Assembly: GCA_040767965.1 (NCBI GenBank)
Contig: JAXGNR010000011.1
Coordinates: 1 to 62,239 of the forward strand
Direction of reading: 5' to 3'
DNA length: 62,239 nucleotides
DNA from: Atribacterota bacterium
GTDB taxonomy: Bacteria > Atribacterota > Phoenicimicrobiia > Phoenicimicrobiales > Stramentimicrobiaceae
The position numbers were made by a program, and so were the translations under genes. The notes under the pieces are model-generated. The model did no database searches, was not told the origin of the DNA, and was given only the letters and a program-made list of their open reading frames with translations. Below, piece by piece: positions 8,588 through 19,227 of the stretch; position 1 is the first letter of the stretch; each line of letters begins with the position of its first letter.

Positions 8588-9838
8588 ATGAAAAGACTTA
8601 AAATAAATTTATTTGTATTAATTGCATGTTTTACCATCTTCTCGTTTACCTGTTATTGCAATGAAACCGTCACTCCACAACAAGATGAAGCCATAGAATG
8701 GCTAGAAAAAGCAAAAAATATAGAAGGTTTCGATAATCTGGAATTAAAGATTGAATATTGCACCAAAGCAATAGAAATAGACCCTGGATTTGCTAATGCT
8801 TATTACTATCGCGGTGGAGCTTTTTATAATATGGAAGAATATTTAGAGGCAATCGATGATTTTAATAAGGCAATTGAATTAGACCCAGAGTTAGTTGATG
8901 CTTATGATAATCGAGGATCTGTTTATATTCAATTGGGGGAATATCAGAAAGCTATCGATGATTGCACAAAGGCGCTAGAGCTAGACCCCGACAAAGTAGA
9001 TGCTCACAATCATCGTGGAATCGCATTTAGCTGCCAGGAAGAATATCAAGAAGCAATCAATGATTTTACTAAGGCAATTGGAATAGACTCGGAAGATTTT
9101 TGGGCATATAGAAACCGCGGGATTGCTTATTATGAAAAGGGCGAATATCAGAAGGCAATCGATGATTGCACAAAGGCTTTAGAGCTAGAGCCGGGTTTGC
9201 CTTATGCTTTTTATTATCGAGGACTTTCATATAACATCCAGGATAATCACAGAGAAGCTATTGATGACTTTTCAAAAACAATTAGTCTTGAACCAAAACT
9301 AATCGAGGCTTATCGTCATCGTGGCATTGCATTTTATTACCAGGAAGAATATCAAAAAGCAATCGATGATTTTACTAAGTTTCTAGAAAATAGACCAGAA
9401 ACATTAGAGATTTATTTTTACCGTGGTAACTCATTCTATCACAAGAAAGAATACAGTATGGCAATCAATGACTTTAATAGAGGCATAGAACTTATGCCGG
9501 ATATATTTAGAGGTGTAGAAATAGTACCAAAAATAATAGAATCTTACCAAAATCGTGGGATTGATTATTATGAAAAAGGGGAATATCAAAAAGCAATCGA
9601 TGACTTTACAAATGCATTAGAGTTAGACTCGGGATTGCCTTATGCTTTTTATTATCGAGGACTTTCGTATTCACTACTTCAAGAATATTCTACAACTGCC
9701 TGTGGAAATTTGTACCAAGCAGGAATGATATTTCTTGAACAAAACAATAAGAACCAAGCTCTAATATGTGTTGATGAAATTAAAAAAATTGATTCTTCAT
9801 CACCGCTTATTAATAAGCTAATTGACGAAATATTTTAG
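8588..9838 (+). CDS. Exported tetratricopeptide-repeat protein
   Basis: Signal-peptide-like N-terminus and ~9 repeats AYxxRGxxYxxxxEYQKAIDDxTKAxELDP. Confidence 0.9.
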   Translation: MKRLKINLFVLIACFTIFSFTCYCNETVTPQQDEAIEWLEKAKNIEGFDNLELKIEYCTKAIEIDPGFANAYYYRGGAFYNMEEYLEAIDDFNKAIELDPELVDAYDNRGSVYIQLGEYQKAIDDCTKALELDPDKVDAHNHRGIAFSCQEEYQEAINDFTKAIGIDSEDFWAYRNRGIAYYEKGEYQKAIDDCTKALELEPGLPYAFYYRGLSYNIQDNHREAIDDFSKTISLEPKLIEAYRHRGIAFYYQEEYQKAIDDFTKFLENRPETLEIYFYRGNSFYHKKEYSMAINDFNRGIELMPDIFRGVEIVPKIIESYQNRGIDYYEKGEYQKAIDDFTNALELDSGLPYAFYYRGLSYSLLQEYSTTACGNLYQAGMIFLEQNNKNQALICVDEIKKIDSSSPLINKLIDEIF

Positions 9839-9895
9839 AAAAAACAAAAAATAACTTTTTAGTATTTTACCATTTTAATATTTGTAGAGGTAAAT

Positions 9896-11386
9896 ATGAA
9901 CAAAGAAAATATGAACTCTAACAAATGCCCCATTTGCGGAAGACCGACCCACAAAACTTCAAAATATTGTATATTCCATGCACCTTTAGAAGAAAAGACT
10001 GAAGAAGAATTCAAAGAAGCATTAGGGCGTTATATTGATAAGATTATAACAGCATCAAAAATCTTTAATTTTGAAAAATTTATATTTATTGGTGAGTTAA
10101 ATTTTTCAAGAGATTTCAATGTAAAAAAAATACATAAAAATCATTTTAATAAGGCTGAATTTTATAATGGCAAAGTAAGTTTTAGTAATATAGTTTTCAG
10201 TAAAAGAACAGTATTTATTAATTGTATATTCGGAGATGAAATAAATTTTTCCGGTAGTCATTTTAAGGAAGCACTAAATATTTACAATACAAATTTTATA
10301 GGTAATGTAAGTTTTAATGAAGTTGAATTCAATACTTTAGAGATAAAGGGTACTACTTTTCAAGGAGGAAATAATAATTTTCAGAAAGCCAGATTCAATA
10401 ATGATTTGACAATTGAATCATGTAATATTAATCATAGCATTAGTTTTAATGAAGCATTATTTTATGGCAACGTCAAAATGGGAGGCAAAGATTTTAATCA
10501 CACTATTTTCAATTTTGATGGGGCAGACATTAATTATAATTTTGAGTTATTTTTTAATTCAAAGGAATTAATACAAATATATCTTACTAAAATAACTATA
10601 AATCCAAATTTTACAAAAATTATTATATCTACAAATAATTCTGGTATCTATTTTAATAATGCAATTTTAGAAAAAACAAGGATGATTTTTGAATTATATA
10701 ATAATTCTTTTTTAGATTTTCATTTGGCCAACCTGAAAGACACAAATTTAAAATATGAACAAATAAAGAAATTTATTGTTCAGGAACAAAGAAAAAATTA
10801 TGAACAAGCTGGTGAAGTATATTTAACCTTAAAGAATAATTTTCATCGTATTGGAAGATATGATGATGAAAGTGAATGTTACAAGAAAGAAATGGATATG
10901 AAAAGAGCATCTAACTGGATTTATAACATGAAATACAATAAACATAATTTAAAAGAATGGATATTAAGTGGTCATTTTTGGAAATGGCTTTCTTCTGCTT
11001 TTTATAATGTTCTTTACGGTTACGGAGAAAGGCCTTGGAATGTAGTTTTATCAGCATTAATAATAATTTTAGGATTTGCATTATTTTTTAATAATATTGG
11101 AATTGGAAATCCTGAAATAATTGAAATAAAAGAACTAATCATTAATGATAAGAATGTACCTTCAATATTAAATTTATCAATAAAAGGAATATTGAAAAAT
11201 AATATAATAAGAAATTTTACGGATAGTCTTTATTTTAGCTTAATTACCTTTACTACTTTAGGGTATGGAGACTTAAGACCACTTGAAGGGATAGGAAGAA
11301 TCTTAGCTGGTTCAGAAGCTTTTATCGGTGCGTTCATGATGGCATTGTTTGTCTATACATTTGCTAGACGAACAGGAGGAAGATAA
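9896..11386 (+). CDS. Pentapeptide-repeat protein with C-terminal two-TM ion-channel domain
   Basis: N-terminal CPIC..CIFH, F-rich beta-helix repeats, YGYGERPW, pore motif YFSLITFTTLGYGD. Confidence 0.85.
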   Translation: MNKENMNSNKCPICGRPTHKTSKYCIFHAPLEEKTEEEFKEALGRYIDKIITASKIFNFEKFIFIGELNFSRDFNVKKIHKNHFNKAEFYNGKVSFSNIVFSKRTVFINCIFGDEINFSGSHFKEALNIYNTNFIGNVSFNEVEFNTLEIKGTTFQGGNNNFQKARFNNDLTIESCNINHSISFNEALFYGNVKMGGKDFNHTIFNFDGADINYNFELFFNSKELIQIYLTKITINPNFTKIIISTNNSGIYFNNAILEKTRMIFELYNNSFLDFHLANLKDTNLKYEQIKKFIVQEQRKNYEQAGEVYLTLKNNFHRIGRYDDESECYKKEMDMKRASNWIYNMKYNKHNLKEWILSGHFWKWLSSAFYNVLYGYGERPWNVVLSALIIILGFALFFNNIGIGNPEIIEIKELIINDKNVPSILNLSIKGILKNNIIRNFTDSLYFSLITFTTLGYGDLRPLEGIGRILAGSEAFIGAFMMALFVYTFARRTGGR

Positions 11387-11406
11387 TTGATTTATAAAAA
11401 GAGATT

Positions 11407-11473
11407 GGGGTCAAGCCTTGAATTACCAGTTTTTACCTAAAAAAGTAAAACAAACAGGAGACAGTTTTCTGTA
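11407..11473 (+). repeat. Array repeat plus tail
   Basis: GGGGTCAAGCCTTGAATTACCAGTTTTTAC.., 57/67 to 4374-4440; 20 nt after the upstream stop codon. Confidence 0.9.
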
Positions 11474-11547
11474 AAAAATATAGTATACGGTTCCCTATTT
11501 GATTGCTTTACCTACCCGAGAGTCAATATAAACAGGAAGTGATAAAA

Positions 11548-13002
11548 ATGAAATTTCTAACAAAATCTTTATATTTAGCCGGATTAAAATGCCCGAAATA
11601 TTTATGGTATGCCTCTAGAAATCAATTACCGGAAATATCTTTGTATGATCAGCACAAATTTTCACAAGGAAGAGAATTTGAAAAATATGTCAAAAAATTA
11701 TTTCCAGAAGGTAAAGATCTAGGATTCTTAACCAAGAGGGAAAATATAAATGAAACGCTAAATCTTATGAACAAGGGAGAGACGATTTTTGAAGCAGCTA
11801 TGATTTATAAAAATCTTCTTTTCAAGGGTGATATACTTCAACCTAATCCATATGGGTGGGATTTATATGAGATAAAAGCTTCAACTGAAGTTAAAGATGA
11901 ACATATTCCTGATTTAGCTTTTCAGAAATACATCTGCAACAAAAATGGATTTGATATAACACAATGCATTATCAAATACCTTGATAAGAATTATCAGAAA
12001 GATAATTCTATTGATCCAAGCGGCTTAATAATACAAGAAGATGTAACTGATAGGGTAGAAAAAATTAATGATATTGAAGGCAATATAAATGCCTTTTTAA
12101 ATGTTATAGAATTAAGCAAACCACCAGAGTCTTTACTATCCCAAAATTGCAATAAACCACATGAATGCCCACTAAAAGAATTTTGCAGAAGTTATCTTCC
12201 TGAATATCATATCTTTCAACTATCTAATTGGAGAACATATTGGAAATTATTTGAAAAAGGAATTTTAGATATAATGGATATTCCAGATGAAGAAAAATTG
12301 TCATTAAAAGATCAAATAATCAAAGAGTCTATTGCTAAAAAAAAGATTAAGGTAGAAGTAGAAAAAATAACTGAATTCTTATCAACATTAAATTATCCGA
12401 TTTATTATTTAGATTTCGAAACATTTGATACAGCAGTACCAATTTATAATATAAGTAGACCATATCAGAAGATTCCTTTTCAATACTCACTCCATATTCA
12501 GGGGGAAAATGGTGATCTATCACATATTGAATTCCTTGCTGAGGGCAATGGTGACCCAAGATTAGAGCTATTGAATAGGTTGAAAAATGAGATTGGAAGA
12601 ATAGGGAGTATTGTGGTTTACAACAAGGTCTTTGAAAAAACAATACTAAAAGAATTAGCTAGAGATTTTCCAGAATATATGGATTTTATACAAGGGTTAC
12701 TTGATAGAATTGTTGATTTAGCTGATCCATTTAGAAATTTTAGTTATTATAATCCTGTACAAAAGGGAAGTTATTCGATAAAAGCTGTTTTGCCTGCAGT
12801 CACAGGAATAGGATATACAGATTTAGAGATAAGTAATGGAACTGATGCCAGCATGAAATACTTCTATAGCCACATAAAGAAGGACTTAGAAGATGATAAA
12901 GAAGAAATCAGAAATAATTTACTGAAGTATTGTTGCCTAGATACCGAAGGAATGGTTTGGATAGTCCATCAATTAAAGGAAATATCTAAAAAAAGTAAAT
13001 AG
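11548..13002 (+). CDS. DUF2779-type protein (Cas4/RecB-like nuclease + RNase H-like domain)
   Basis: KCPKYLW, D..EIKAST, CNKPHECPLKEFC Cys cluster, LDFET..PYQKIPFQYSLH, SYSIKAVLP, YCCLDT; ATG 11548 preferred over TTG 11503. Confidence 0.8.
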   Translation: MKFLTKSLYLAGLKCPKYLWYASRNQLPEISLYDQHKFSQGREFEKYVKKLFPEGKDLGFLTKRENINETLNLMNKGETIFEAAMIYKNLLFKGDILQPNPYGWDLYEIKASTEVKDEHIPDLAFQKYICNKNGFDITQCIIKYLDKNYQKDNSIDPSGLIIQEDVTDRVEKINDIEGNINAFLNVIELSKPPESLLSQNCNKPHECPLKEFCRSYLPEYHIFQLSNWRTYWKLFEKGILDIMDIPDEEKLSLKDQIIKESIAKKKIKVEVEKITEFLSTLNYPIYYLDFETFDTAVPIYNISRPYQKIPFQYSLHIQGENGDLSHIEFLAEGNGDPRLELLNRLKNEIGRIGSIVVYNKVFEKTILKELARDFPEYMDFIQGLLDRIVDLADPFRNFSYYNPVQKGSYSIKAVLPAVTGIGYTDLEISNGTDASMKYFYSHIKKDLEDDKEEIRNNLLKYCCLDTEGMVWIVHQLKEISKKSK

Positions 13003-13169
13003 CAATTGGAATATTAAGAAGAGAGTAAATTATGAAATTTTCTGATTTTACATTTTTAATTTGTTTTGGCTGAGAGACACAGGGGAATAATGAATATAGT
13101 TAATTAAAAGAATATTTATTAAAATTTTAAGTATATAATGATTCTATTGAAAGGAGTTAAAATAGATAG

Positions 13170-13940
13170 ATGGTAAATGGTAAATTCATAGAGGATTGGA
13201 ATAAAAAAGATATACTTTATGCAAAAAGCAGAGGTGGAGTTTTTGTTGTTTCTAATCCTTTGGATAATCTTGTATATCCGGATTATATTAAGTAGCCAAC
13301 ACCTGAAATTGTGCAAAAACTTTATAAAAGCAGACAAATACGAGCATTTGATGGAAATCAATCTTCCATATGCACATCAGGTCTTGGATATTATTGTGAT
13401 TTGCAATCTTTACATAGTGAAGACGCAATAACTTGGTCAATTTTTGGACCTTTGTGCTATTCAAACTTATTGGTTAGAGAGAAGTGGGTTTCTCAATTTT
13501 TGGAATTGTTAGGAATTAAAAAAGCGAAACCAACAAATTCAAATATTTTTTTATGGAGAAGAATTCCTCATCCAGATACACTTGTTTCAGGTGGACCCGA
13601 AATTGATTTTGGAATTTTAACAGACAATACATTGATTTTTGGTGAAGCTAAATGGATGTCAAGAATTGGAAACAAACAAGGTAAAAAAAGGGATAAGGAT
13701 CAAATTCAATTACGACTAGAATTCTTAGATAAATATGGGAAAACTACATTTCCCTCAGTGGACATTTTTTTAGTTGTAGGAGTAGGTTTATCAAAAGATG
13801 CGTTTAATGACAGCAAGTCATTAATATTTGGTGCACGGCTTATTTCTACAACTTGGCTAGATATTTGTTCTATCAAAGAACACCCTCATTATAATGAGAT
13901 CCAAAGGTATTATAAGTGGAAGCTCAAACACACTCTTTAG
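13170..13940 (+). pseudogene. PD-(D/E)xK nuclease-like gene with in-frame stop
   Basis: ATG 13170 reads in frame to TAG 13293-13295, then continues PTPEIVQKLY..SEDAITW..PEIDFG..IFGEAK..DQIQ. Confidence 0.7.
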
Positions 13941-13950
13941 TGATAATCTA

Positions 13951-13995
13951 GGAAGAAATCAGGGGATAGTTAGTGTTTTGCATTATCAGTTTTAC
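13951..13995 (+). repeat. Degenerate array repeat
   Basis: GGAAGAAATCAGGGG..TTTTGCATTATCAGTTTTAC, 10 nt after a stop codon. Confidence 0.55.
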
Positions 13996-14154
13996 TCGAT
14001 CAAAAAGGAGGTAAAAGTTTTTCGACTTTAATATATAAAAAGAAAGTCTACTAAAAAGAGTATTTTGTCTAAAAATAATAAGTTTAAAAACCAAGATAAT
14101 AGTTGAACAAACAGTTTTGTAGAATATTAAGATTTTGTTAGGAGAGGATTTATT

Positions 14155-15189
14155 ATGGCTACAAGAATAAAGACATGGGAAATTGTTGATGATGAATTAA
14201 AAGAAACAGTAGAATCAATGCCAGAGGCAGCCAGGAAAGAAAAAGAGCATTTAGAAAAATGGATTAAAACAAATCCAAAAATATTGGGTGAAGACATATT
14301 GATTATAGGTGAACAAGTCTATACTAAATCAGGTCCATTAGATTTTTTAGGAATTGATAATTCTGGAAATGTTGTAATTGTAGAATTAAAAAGAGATCGA
14401 TTGCCTAGAGAAGTGCTAACACAAGCGATAGATTATGCTTCAGATGTAGCCACCTGGGGCATTGATAGGCTTAATGAGGTTTGTTTGGAATATAGAGAAC
14501 AGGCACTTGAGGATTATATTTCAGAAAAGTTTGAAGGAGTTGAGTTGGAAGACCTTGTTATTAATAAAGCCCAAAGACTTTTATTAGTTGGATTTTCAAT
14601 TGAAGAACCTCTCAGCCGTATGATTGAGTGGTTATCTTCAAATTATGACCTGGGTGTCAATGCTATTATTTTAAATTATATAAAGACTTCATCTGGTGAT
14701 GAATTATTGTCGAAAACAGTCATAATACCTGAAGAAGTTGAAAAAGCAAAATCAAACAAGAAAAAATTCAAAATTTTAATGTCTGATGAACCCGGAACCT
14801 ATTCTGATGAGGAATTAAAAGACTTGCTGATAAAATATTTTTCTAAAGAACTATATTCAGTAAGCAGAATAAAGAATGTTGTTCTACCTTATTTGTTGAA
14901 AAATAAAATTGCAACAAGGGAGGAACTCAAAAAAGAATTTGTGAGAACAAATGCAGCAGATGATAAAAGCCAAGCAGGATATTTCTTGTCATTAATTTCG
15001 AACCAATTAGGGCAACAGAAAAAAGATTATTTAAGACAAATAATAAGTTATGAGTATCCTAATTATTCTTGGGAAAAGGATAATTTTAGATTAAAAGAGG
15101 AATATCGAGAAATGGTTGAGAATATCTTAAAAGAATTAGAAATGTTAGAAGCAGAGAAAGAAAATAAATTGGAAGAAGAAAACTTATAG
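14155..15189 (+). CDS. NucS/DUF91-like endonuclease domain protein
   Basis: EKWIKTNP..IIGEQV..LDFLGID..VIVELKR..QAIDYAS. Confidence 0.8.
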   Translation: MATRIKTWEIVDDELKETVESMPEAARKEKEHLEKWIKTNPKILGEDILIIGEQVYTKSGPLDFLGIDNSGNVVIVELKRDRLPREVLTQAIDYASDVATWGIDRLNEVCLEYREQALEDYISEKFEGVELEDLVINKAQRLLLVGFSIEEPLSRMIEWLSSNYDLGVNAIILNYIKTSSGDELLSKTVIIPEEVEKAKSNKKKFKILMSDEPGTYSDEELKDLLIKYFSKELYSVSRIKNVVLPYLLKNKIATREELKKEFVRTNAADDKSQAGYFLSLISNQLGQQKKDYLRQIISYEYPNYSWEKDNFRLKEEYREMVENILKELEMLEAEKENKLEEENL

Positions 15190-15220
15190 TTATTAATTAA
15201 AACAGCTTGGAGAATTTTTT

Positions 15221-16033
15221 ATGAGAGTCGTATCCTGGAATTGCAAAGGCGCTACCAAAGAGAATAAAATATGGAATTACCTGCAAAACTTATCTCCTGA
15301 TATTTTGCTACTTCAGGAAGTAACTTCATTTCCTCTTTGGATAGAGGAAAATTATTCTTTTAATTACAAAAAGTCTATTACAAAAAATTATAATAAGCAG
15401 AAATTTGGTAATTTATTAGCTTATAAAGGTAAATACATAAAAGAGTGTAATTTAACGGTAGATTTAATGTGGGTAAATGATGAGATTAAAAAATTTAAAG
15501 GGAATATGAGTACAAGCGTAATAAATTTTAAGGGTATCATATTAAATTTAATTTGTATTTATAGTCCTGCCTGGCATTTAAACAAGAGTTTATTAAAACA
15601 AGAAAATATAGATTCTGTTAAATTGTCGCAGAGTAAGAATTTATGGCTTGCAGATTTATTGTGGTTTGCTCTGAAAAGTAATGTTAAATCTGAATCTTAT
15701 TATATTGTTGGAGGAGATTATAATCTTTCAGTAACATTTGATTCCTGGCAAAAGAAGCCCAGGGGGAATCAAGAATATTTAGATAGGATGAAAAATATTG
15801 GTTTTATTGAATGTTTGAAAGAATTTAATTGCAAACTGGTTCCTACATTTAAAAATTCAAGTAATGGGAAAATAATCCATCAAATGGATCATTTATTTGT
15901 TATACAGAGTTTATATTCGAAGTTGAATAACTGTCATCTTGGTGATGCCGATGTTATTTTTAAGAATAACTTAAGTGATCATTTGCCCATTATTGCTGAT
16001 TTTGATTTAGATAGACTAATAAAATTTCTTTAA
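15221..16033 (+). CDS. Endonuclease/exonuclease/phosphatase (EEP) family protein
   Basis: SWN, LLQE, GGDYN, MDHLF, SDHLP motifs. Confidence 0.9.
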   Translation: MRVVSWNCKGATKENKIWNYLQNLSPDILLLQEVTSFPLWIEENYSFNYKKSITKNYNKQKFGNLLAYKGKYIKECNLTVDLMWVNDEIKKFKGNMSTSVINFKGIILNLICIYSPAWHLNKSLLKQENIDSVKLSQSKNLWLADLLWFALKSNVKSESYYIVGGDYNLSVTFDSWQKKPRGNQEYLDRMKNIGFIECLKEFNCKLVPTFKNSSNGKIIHQMDHLFVIQSLYSKLNNCHLGDADVIFKNNLSDHLPIIADFDLDRLIKFL

Positions 16034-16037
16034 ATAA

Positions 16038-16071
16038 GGAAGAAAAGGGGTCAGGTCTTCTCATTTGACAT
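16038..16071 (+). repeat. Array repeat (TTTGACAT type)
   Basis: GGAAGAAAAGGGGTCAGGTCTTCTCATTTGACAT, 4 nt after the EEP stop. Confidence 0.9.
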
Positions 16072-16282
16072 ATAGACAATAAAAATATCTATATTAGGAA
16101 ATAAATCAATAAAGCCAACAAAGAAATATATGGTCTGTTGTTGATTTTAAAACTTTAAAGCTGTAATACAAAAAAAATAATCAATATAGTCATAATATTG
16201 TTAGTAGTACTTTTATTTGAATGAATATAATTATTAGTCTTAGAAGGAGGTATTGATGAAATTATTTAGAGAGGATGCAAAG

Positions 16283-16715
16283 TTGAAAAAGAAGAATTAT
16301 ATTGTAATTTTATCATTGATTTCAATCCTATTATTTGCAGGTTGTAGTGCAGGAAATCCAACCACTCCAGGAATATCAACCAATGAGGAAGTGAAAATAA
16401 AAAGCGTTATAAATGAATTTTTTAGCTATAAATAATCAAAACTGGAATAAAGCAAGGAATTATTGTGTTAATGCCGGAACAAGATATTATGCTACAAGTC
16501 AAATGGAAAGTCTAGTGAATTCATACTATTCTTATTGCTATGTAGTCACTGTTAATTTTATACCTGATATTATTAATATTTCTGTAACTGGAAATTACGC
16601 CCAGGTATATATGTATTATTATGGGACAGTATCGGCATGTGGTTATTTTTATTCTGATGGATATTATACTACTTACACATTACAGAAAGTTGGTAATAGT
16701 TGGAAAATAAATTAA
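16283..16715 (+). pseudogene. Lipoprotein gene, frameshifted at T-run 16418-16423
   Basis: Lipobox LFAGC; ..VINEFF then LAINNQNWNKA..LQKVGNSWKI in another frame (NTF2-like ending). Confidence 0.65.
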
Positions 16716-16738
16716 AGTAATGAGAAAATAGTAATACT

Positions 16739-16763
16739 GTGGTAAGGTCTCAATGTTTGCCAT
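16739..16763 (+). repeat. Diverged array repeat in front of intact nucleosidase
   Basis: 16739-16799 aligns without gaps to 20282-20342 from repeat to TTG start. Confidence 0.75.
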
Positions 16764-16796
16764 AAAACACAACATATAATTTAATAAGAGGTTATT

Positions 16797-17528
16797 TTGA
16801 ATAAAGCAAAAATCAAAGTTGGAATCATTTGTCCACTTGATGATGAGTACAATGCCTGTAAAGAAATAATGGGTTTGAAAAATGAATCAGAATTATCAGG
16901 CCGAATTGTTTCAGAAAAAAAAGAGGATAACATAGAGGTTTATGCAATTAAGGCAGGAGTTGGTAAAATCAATTGCAGTTCTGCTACACAATTAGTTATT
17001 GATAAGTTTCATACTAATTTTGTTATTGATGCCGGCGTTGCCGGATCTCTAATTAAAGATTTGGATATTTTTGATATCGTTTGTGCTGAACATTGTTATG
17101 AATATGACCCATGTTCTGGTAAGGAATTGGGGAAAATACCTTCCGGGGATGATGAATCTCATACAGTGATAAGTGATCCTTTCTATAAAGAAGCTTTTCT
17201 GGAATTTTCCAACCATATCCAAGACACAATGACAATTAATATCAGGATTGGTAATGTTGTCTGTGGTGAAAAGGATGTTAAAAACCGGCAATTAAGGCAA
17301 GAATTACACGAAAATTTTAATGGACTTGTTTGCAACTGGGAAACATCTGCTGTTTTAAGTGTTGCAAACTTAAATAAAGTAAAAGCTTTTTCATTCCGGG
17401 TCATTTCTGATTTAGCTGATGAAAATATGGATGATTCTTTTGATACAAATTGTAAGCCAGCACTTCAGAAGATGTTCCCGGTATTAAAGGAATTTATCTT
17501 TGGAGGCTGGATACAGAAGTTTTGTTAA
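16797..17528 (+). CDS. 5'-methylthioadenosine/S-adenosylhomocysteine nucleosidase family (PNP_UDP fold)
   Basis: GVGKIN, AGVAGSL, WETSAV (MExAA-like), FRVISDLA. Confidence 0.88.
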   Translation: MNKAKIKVGIICPLDDEYNACKEIMGLKNESELSGRIVSEKKEDNIEVYAIKAGVGKINCSSATQLVIDKFHTNFVIDAGVAGSLIKDLDIFDIVCAEHCYEYDPCSGKELGKIPSGDDESHTVISDPFYKEAFLEFSNHIQDTMTINIRIGNVVCGEKDVKNRQLRQELHENFNGLVCNWETSAVLSVANLNKVKAFSFRVISDLADENMDDSFDTNCKPALQKMFPVLKEFIFGGWIQKFC

Positions 17529-17617
17529 GAAAGAAGCTAAAGCCACAAATTTTTAATATTAACTGTTGTTTTTTTGATAATGTTTCTTAAGATAGTATTT
17601 ATAAATTGGGGGTTTAA

Positions 17618-18268
17618 ATGAAATTTTATTTATTTTCTACAATTGAACTTGAAATTCCTGATCCTGTCTCTCTAGTTGAATGCTATTGTTACCAGAGTGA
17701 TTTTTATTCCAAGTATGATGTGATAGGAAATCGTAAAATTGAAGATGTAAATAAGATTGGAGCAAGACTAACAAGTGATGTAATTTCAAAATGTAGGGTT
17801 GTAGTTGAAAACACCATGGGATTAGATATATTTCAGAATACACTTGCTCAATTTTTGGATTTAGACAGACAGGAAAGAGAAAAACAGATCAAAGAATTAA
17901 ATGGTGTAGTTTTTCAAAAACTCTTTAAAATTAATGGAATCCGTTTTTCTACTGCAACAAAGATTCTGCATACAATTTACCCTGAGATTATTCCGATGAT
18001 TGATAATCCACTACAAAGAAAATACAAAAAAGAAATCAATCATTCCTGGACTTATAAAAATGCTGATGAAATTTTAATAGATTTTTATAATAATTTGGAA
18101 AATGAGGATATTAGAAAAAATTTAAATGAGCTTTCTACTGAGCTAATCAAAATCAATCTTAAGCATCTTACTAAAATTAGAATCTTTGATATTCTCTGGC
18201 GGTCTTATCTGAAAGCAGAAAGATTGAAGAATTTAAGGAATATTAATTGGACCTCGATTTTGTATTGA
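17618..18268 (+). CDS. DUF6308-like (helix-hairpin-helix) hypothetical protein
   Basis: GIRFSTATKILHTIYPEIIPMIDN..TKIRIFDILW. Confidence 0.55.
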   Translation: MKFYLFSTIELEIPDPVSLVECYCYQSDFYSKYDVIGNRKIEDVNKIGARLTSDVISKCRVVVENTMGLDIFQNTLAQFLDLDRQEREKQIKELNGVVFQKLFKINGIRFSTATKILHTIYPEIIPMIDNPLQRKYKKEINHSWTYKNADEILIDFYNNLENEDIRKNLNELSTELIKINLKHLTKIRIFDILWRSYLKAERLKNLRNINWTSILY

Positions 18269-18314
18269 TAATCGTTACCAGAGTGATATTTATTATATAT
18301 ATTAGTTAATTAAT

Positions 18315-18378
18315 TTGACATTGTCCAATTAAAGCATTAATATATTTACAATAATATAATATTACAATAATTGGAGAA
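18315..18378 (+). promoter_or_regulatory. abiE promoter with long inverted-repeat operator
   Basis: TTGACA 18315-18320; 26-bp arms 18321-18346 and 18353-18378 match 20/26 as inverted repeat. Confidence 0.7.
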
Positions 18379-18384
18379 TAACCA

Positions 18385-19227
18385 ATGAATGCAAGAAATA
18401 ATAGTAAGCATACTAGAAAAGGTATAGAAATGATCAGGAAGCTTTCTGAAGAAGGGAAACAAATATTTACTGTTAGTGATGCTAAAAAGATTGCTCCCTT
18501 TTGTGAGATATCAGAGCAGTATGTCAATGAAGCCTTGTATTACCTTGCAAAAGATGGTTGGATAAAAAGACTTAAAAGAGGCTTATACTTGATTTCTTCA
18601 TCCTTTCCAGGAATAGTGCCAGCACATGAATTTGAAATTGCCATGTTTTTAGTAGAACCTGCTGCTATAAGCCATTGGTCTGCTCTTCATTTTCATGGCA
18701 TGACAGAACAAATACCAAATAAAGTCTATATAACAACTTCAGGTAATATTTCAGCTGAGAGAAAAATAAATTCACAAAACAATAATTTAAAGGGCTTCAG
18801 CAGAAAGATAAATAATATTATATATGTTTTTATTAAGGTCAAACCGGAAAGATTTTTTGGTGTTAAAGAATATTGGGTTGGCGAGAAAAAAGTTACCATC
18901 ACTAACCCGGAAAGAACGTTGATAGACGGTTTGGTATCTCCAGGATATTTTGGAGGATGGGCTGAAATATATAATGCTTTTGAATTACATGTCTCAAGAG
19001 TTAATATAAATAAACTAATCAGTTATGCTATGAGGCTTGATGCATCTGTAGTGAAAAGATTAGGATGGATATTAGAAAAAAATGGATTTGAAGAAAAAAA
19101 ACTGCAAAAGTTGATAGCTTTTCCTATCAAAGGGTACCGTATCCTTGATTCTAGCGGCTTTCAAACGGGGCCTTATAATAAAAAATGGATGATTCGAGAA
19201 AACATTTCAGTAAAGGGAATGAAATGA
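18385..19227 (+). CDS. abiEi: Type IV TA antitoxin AbiEi family
   Basis: N-terminal wHTH (GWIKRLKRGLY), ISHWSALHFHGMTEQIP, TNPERTLID, KRLGWILE. Confidence 0.88.
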   Translation: MNARNNSKHTRKGIEMIRKLSEEGKQIFTVSDAKKIAPFCEISEQYVNEALYYLAKDGWIKRLKRGLYLISSSFPGIVPAHEFEIAMFLVEPAAISHWSALHFHGMTEQIPNKVYITTSGNISAERKINSQNNNLKGFSRKINNIIYVFIKVKPERFFGVKEYWVGEKKVTITNPERTLIDGLVSPGYFGGWAEIYNAFELHVSRVNINKLISYAMRLDASVVKRLGWILEKNGFEEKKLQKLIAFPIKGYRILDSSGFQTGPYNKKWMIRENISVKGMK

